DNA of 23,738 nucleotides from an uncultured Gammaproteobacteria bacterium (GTDB lineage: Bacteria > Pseudomonadota > Gammaproteobacteria > UBA9214). Each line of letters starts with the position of its first letter. Position 1 is the stretch's first letter. The stretch covers positions 1-23,738 of the forward strand of contig CAWHCQ010000019.1 of assembly GCA_963827755.1 (NCBI GenBank). The letters run 5' to 3'. The notes beneath the pieces were generated by a model that was not told where the DNA came from, did not search any database, and saw only the letters and a program-made list of their open reading frames with translations. Below are positions 18,916 through 23,738 of this stretch, one piece after another. The translations under genes and the position numbers were made by a program.

Positions 18916-20001
18916 TCAGGACAGCAGGTGTGCCAGCGCGGCCAGGAAGGCCTGGTTCTCTTCGGGCAGGCCAACGGTCACGCGCAGGCAATCGCGCAAG
19001 GCATCCGCTGATCCATGCAGATTCTTGATCAGTATCCCCGCCTGCTGCAGCCCCTCGTAGATGGCATTCGCACGTGCCGGCGGCACTCGAAAGAGAATAA
19101 AGTTTGCTTCGCTCGGGAAAACCGTCAGTAAAGGCATCGCCTGCAGCCCGGCAAGCAATACAGCGCGCGCCTCACGAATCTTTCCGGCCTGCTCGTCAAA
19201 AACGGACTTGTGCTGCATCGCAAAACTGCCCGTCAGCTGGTTGAGTGAGCCAATGTTATAGGGCAGCCTTGTCTTGTCGATCTGTTCAAGCCATTCAGGC
19301 GCACCGGCAAGCAGACCGAGACGCAAGCCGGCAAGTCCCAGCTTGGACACCGTGCGCAATACCAGCAGGTTGTCATGGTTCGGTAATTGCTGCATAAAAC
19401 TGGCATCGGTAAACGGTGCATAGGCCTCATCCACCACGACAAGGCCTTCGGCTGCCGCGAGCATTGCCTTTATCACGCCGGCATCAAACAGGTTTCCGCT
19501 CGGGTTGTTCGGGTAGGCAAGGAAGGTCACCGCTGGCTGTTGTTGCCTGACTGCCGCAAGCATGGCCTCTGCATCCAGTGAAAAATCCTCTCGCAAGGGT
19601 ATGGAAACAAACCCCAGCCCGGCAACCGCTGCAATCTGGCGATACATGACAAAGGTCGGCTCCGGTGCCAGTACGCTCTGCCCCGGTGATGCAACCGTCT
19701 GCACGATCATCTGGATCAGTTCGTCCGAGCCATTGCCGAGCAGCACGCCGGCGGAGTCAGGTACCGCCATGGCCGGGCGCATGACTGCCTGCAAGGCAGC
19801 GGCCGATGGATCCGGATAACGATTCAGTTCAACGGCCCTGAGCGCCTCGAGCCAGGCATCACGCAGGTTGTCCGGCCATGGCCACGGGTTTTCCATGGCA
19901 TCGAGCTTGATCAGGTTGCCGGCAGCAGGCACGTGATAGGCGCCGAGCGCCCTGATTTCGGCACGCACCAGTTGTTTTACCCTGTCATTTACCGAAGTCA
20001 T
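18916..20001 (-). CDS. hisC: Histidinol-phosphate aminotransferase
   Basis: KLDAMENP, NRYPD, GNGSDELI, PNNPSG, VVDEAY and the PLP-lysine motif RTVSKLGLAGLRLG. Confidence 0.95.
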   Translation of the reverse strand: MTSVNDRVKQLVRAEIRALGAYHVPAAGNLIKLDAMENPWPWPDNLRDAWLEALRAVELNRYPDPSAAALQAVMRPAMAVPDSAGVLLGNGSDELIQMIVQTVASPGQSVLAPEPTFVMYRQIAAVAGLGFVSIPLREDFSLDAEAMLAAVRQQQPAVTFLAYPNNPSGNLFDAGVIKAMLAAAEGLVVVDEAYAPFTDASFMQQLPNHDNLLVLRTVSKLGLAGLRLGLLAGAPEWLEQIDKTRLPYNIGSLNQLTGSFAMQHKSVFDEQAGKIREARAVLLAGLQAMPLLTVFPSEANFILFRVPPARANAIYEGLQQAGILIKNLHGSADALRDCLRVTVGLPEENQAFLAALAHLLS

Positions 20002-20080
20002 GTGCGATTCCCACTCAAAAAGACACTCTCGCGGCTTTGCGCGAGAAATTACGGCTTGCGGGCATTACCACCCTATCCGC

Positions 20081-21400
20081 TTAGTCATCATCATTTATGC
20101 GTACTTCGGCGGAACGTGCATGCGCGGTCAGGCCCTCCCCGCGCGCGAGGATGGCGGCCGTTTTACCGAGGGTGCTGGCGCCCCGGGCGGAGCACTGGAT
20201 CAGGCTCGAGCGTTTCTGGAAATCGTAGACGCCCAGCGGTGACGAGAAGCGTGCCGTGCGCGAGGTCGGCAACACATGGTTGGGACCGGCGCAATAATCG
20301 CCGACCACTTCCGCGGTATAACGACCCATGAAAATGGCGCCGGCATGGCGGATCTGTGCGGCCATGGCCTGCGGGTCCGCGACCGACAATTCGAGATGCT
20401 CGGGCGCAATATCATTGGCAATAGCAACGGCCTCATCCAGGTCGCGCACCTGGATCAATGCACCCTGCCCTTTCAGTGAAGCACGTATGATGTCTGCACG
20501 CGACATTTCCGGCAACAGGCGCAGGATGCTTGCCGCTACCCGGTCAAGAAAGCCGCCGTCCGGGCTGAGCAGGATCGACTGGGCATCTTCATCATGTTCA
20601 GCCTGCGAAAACAGGTCGAATGCAATCCAGTCAGGGTCGGTCTTGCCGTCACAGATCACCAGGATCTCGGATGGCCCGGCGATCATGTCGATGCCGACCT
20701 TGCCGAACACCATGCGCTTGGCCGCGGCCACGTAGGCATTGCCCGGCCCGACAATCTTGTCGACTGCGGGGATGGTTTCCGTGCCGTAGGCCAGCGCCGC
20801 CACCGCCTGGGCGCCGCCGATGGTAAATACCCGGTCAACCCCGGCGATGCCGGCTGCCGCCAGTACCATCGGGTTGCGCACGCCCTCCGGCGTCGGCACC
20901 ACCATAATCAGTTCACCTACGCCGGCGACCCTGGCAGGCAGGGCATTCATCAGCACGGACGAGGGATAGGCGGCCTTGCCGCCGGGTACATACAGGCCAA
21001 CCCGGTCCATTGGCGACACCTGCTGACCCAGCACGGTCCCGTCTGCCTCGGTATAGGACCAGGATTCAAGCTTCTGCCGCTGCGCATAGGCACGCACCCG
21101 CTCTGCCGCGAGTTCCAGTGCGGCCCGCTGATCGGCATCGATTAACGCCAGCGCCCGGTGACACTCATCCAGCGGGATTTCAAGCGCGGCGGCAGCGCTG
21201 ACCGGGCAACGATCAAAACGCGCGGTATATTCCAGCAGCGCCGCATCACCGCGTACACGGATATCGTCAATAATGTCACGCACCACGGCCTCAAGCACCG
21301 GGTCAGCCGCCTGTTCCCAGGCAAGCAGGCGCTCAAGCGCTGCACGAAAGGTGGCGTCCATGCTGTTTAAACGAAGTATGTCAGACATATCTATTGCCAT
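20081..21400 (-). CDS. hisD: Histidinol dehydrogenase
   Basis: [54 protein letters not shown] and GPNHVLPT. Alternative start at 21388. Confidence 0.97.
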   Translation of the reverse strand: MAIDMSDILRLNSMDATFRAALERLLAWEQAADPVLEAVVRDIIDDIRVRGDAALLEYTARFDRCPVSAAAALEIPLDECHRALALIDADQRAALELAAERVRAYAQRQKLESWSYTEADGTVLGQQVSPMDRVGLYVPGGKAAYPSSVLMNALPARVAGVGELIMVVPTPEGVRNPMVLAAAGIAGVDRVFTIGGAQAVAALAYGTETIPAVDKIVGPGNAYVAAAKRMVFGKVGIDMIAGPSEILVICDGKTDPDWIAFDLFSQAEHDEDAQSILLSPDGGFLDRVAASILRLLPEMSRADIIRASLKGQGALIQVRDLDEAVAIANDIAPEHLELSVADPQAMAAQIRHAGAIFMGRYTAEVVGDYCAGPNHVLPTSRTARFSSPLGVYDFQKRSSLIQCSARGASTLGKTAAILARGEGLTAHARSAEVRINDDD

Positions 21401-21409
21401 CTCTTCAAC

Positions 21410-21463
21410 CCCTTCTCCCTCCGGGACGCCTGCATCCCTGCAGGCGTCCCGGAGGGAGAAGGG
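21410..21463. repeat. Perfect 25-bp inverted repeat with 4-nt loop
   Basis: CCCTTCTCCCTCCGGGACGCCTGCA-TCCC-TGCAGGCGTCCCGGAGGGAGAAGGG. Confidence 0.9.
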
Positions 21464-21502
21464 ATTCTGTTTTTAATGCGGTCGGGATTTACACAGGGTC
21501 AT

Positions 21503-21521
21503 CGCGCCTGCAAGGCGCTCC
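21503..21521 (-). repeat. Solo REP identical to the terminus of the ~280-bp element
   Basis: CGCGCCTGCAAGGCGCTCC also occurs at 10346-10364 and, inverted, at 9777-9795. Confidence 0.8.
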
Positions 21522-21563
21522 TTCAGTCAACACAATCCTGCGTGCAACTGCAAACAAATCCGT

Positions 21564-22196
21564 CTAGCGATCACAGGCGGCCTTCAAATCGGCGATAAAC
21601 CGCGTGATCCGTGCATGCTTCATTTTCATCGAGGCCCTGTTGACCACCAGTCTCGAACTGATATCCGCAATATGTTCCAGCGGCACCAGTCCGTTGGCCT
21701 TCAGGGTGTTACCGGTATCAACGACATCGACAATACAGTCAGCCAGGCCGACCAGCGGGGCAAGCTCCATCGAACCATACAACTTGATTATCTCGACCTG
21801 CTCCTGTCGATCGGCATAAAAACGCTGCGTGCATTTCACATACTTGGTCGCAATACGCAGTCTTTTGCGGTTTATTTCGCGGCGCTCGGGCCCGGCCACC
21901 ATCAGGCGGCAGCGGGCGATTTTAAGATCCAGTGGTTCATACAACCCCTCGCCACCGTGTTCCAGCAGCACGTCCTTGCCGGCAACACCGACATCCGCCG
22001 CGCCGTAGCTGACGTAGGTCGGCACATCGGCAGCCCGGATAATCACCAGCTTTACGTCATCCTGACTGGTGTCGAGGATCAGTTTGCGGCTGGTCTCCGG
22101 ATCATCGACCGGGATGACGCCGGCCTGCTCGAGCAACGGCAGGGTCTCGTCGAAAATCCGGCCCTTGGACAGGGCAATGGTCAGGGCGTTATTCAT
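21564..22196 (-). CDS. hisG: ATP phosphoribosyltransferase, short form
   Basis: [30 protein letters not shown] and [14 protein letters not shown]. About 210 aa without the C-terminal regulatory domain, implying HisZ dependence. Confidence 0.96.
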   Translation of the reverse strand: MNNALTIALSKGRIFDETLPLLEQAGVIPVDDPETSRKLILDTSQDDVKLVIIRAADVPTYVSYGAADVGVAGKDVLLEHGGEGLYEPLDLKIARCRLMVAGPERREINRKRLRIATKYVKCTQRFYADRQEQVEIIKLYGSMELAPLVGLADCIVDVVDTGNTLKANGLVPLEHIADISSRLVVNRASMKMKHARITRFIADLKAACDR

Positions 22197-22309
22197 GGTC
22201 GACAAGTTTCAGGCAGATACCGCCAATTTACAAGCGCCTCTGTGGCAGAGGTTATATTGGTTTTTCCTGGCGCCTTTGCGCCTTTGCGCGAGATCTTTAT
22301 TGAGAAATA

Positions 22310-23590
<1,281 letters not shown>

Positions 23591-23738
23591 TTACTGTATA
23601 CGCGGGTTTTTTGCCCACTCTTCCGGCGTGTAGGTATGTAACGCCAGCGCATGGATTTCACCGCCCATTCGGTCACCGAGCGTAGCATATACGCGCTGGT
23701 GACGGACAACCAGCGAACAGTCCTGGAACTGCTCACTG
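23591..23738 (-). CDS. ibaG: BolA family protein IbaG/YrbA (3' part; not in the ORF track)
   Basis: Manual translation gives SEQFQDCSLVVRHQRVYATLGDRMGGEIHALALHTYTPEEWAKNPRIQ-stop, with BolA motifs RHQxVY, IHAL and TPEEW. Sits upstream of murA as expected. Confidence 0.85.
   Translation of the reverse strand, partial: SEQFQDCSLVVRHQRVYATLGDRMGGEIHALALHTYTPEEWAKNPRIQ

Overview
GC-rich gammaproteobacterial chromosomal segment made mostly of housekeeping genes: the 3' part of an MrpD/MnhD-type antiporter subunit, guaB-guaA, xseA, an M23 peptidase plus a coupled 72-aa ORF, a macrodomain protein, an HTH-[2Fe-2S]-FNR fusion, petABC-sspAB, a Nif3-like gene, a DegS/AlgW-type protease and ibaG-murA-hisG-hisD-hisC. 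The main accessory feature is a ~1.55-kb integrase-less mini-island at the 3' end of guaA. It is bounded by a 13-bp direct repeat of the guaA end, has paired arm-type repeats and IHF-consensus sites inside both ends, and carries only a Fic gene. Intergenic regions are rich in short repeats: a ~590-bp imperfect palindrome, a 159-bp IS5-like MITE with a TAG duplication, and several REP families. Four +1 insertions in short homopolymers (fic, guaA, and twice in the oxidoreductase) look like sequencing errors. No rRNA, tRNA or CRISPR array was seen.
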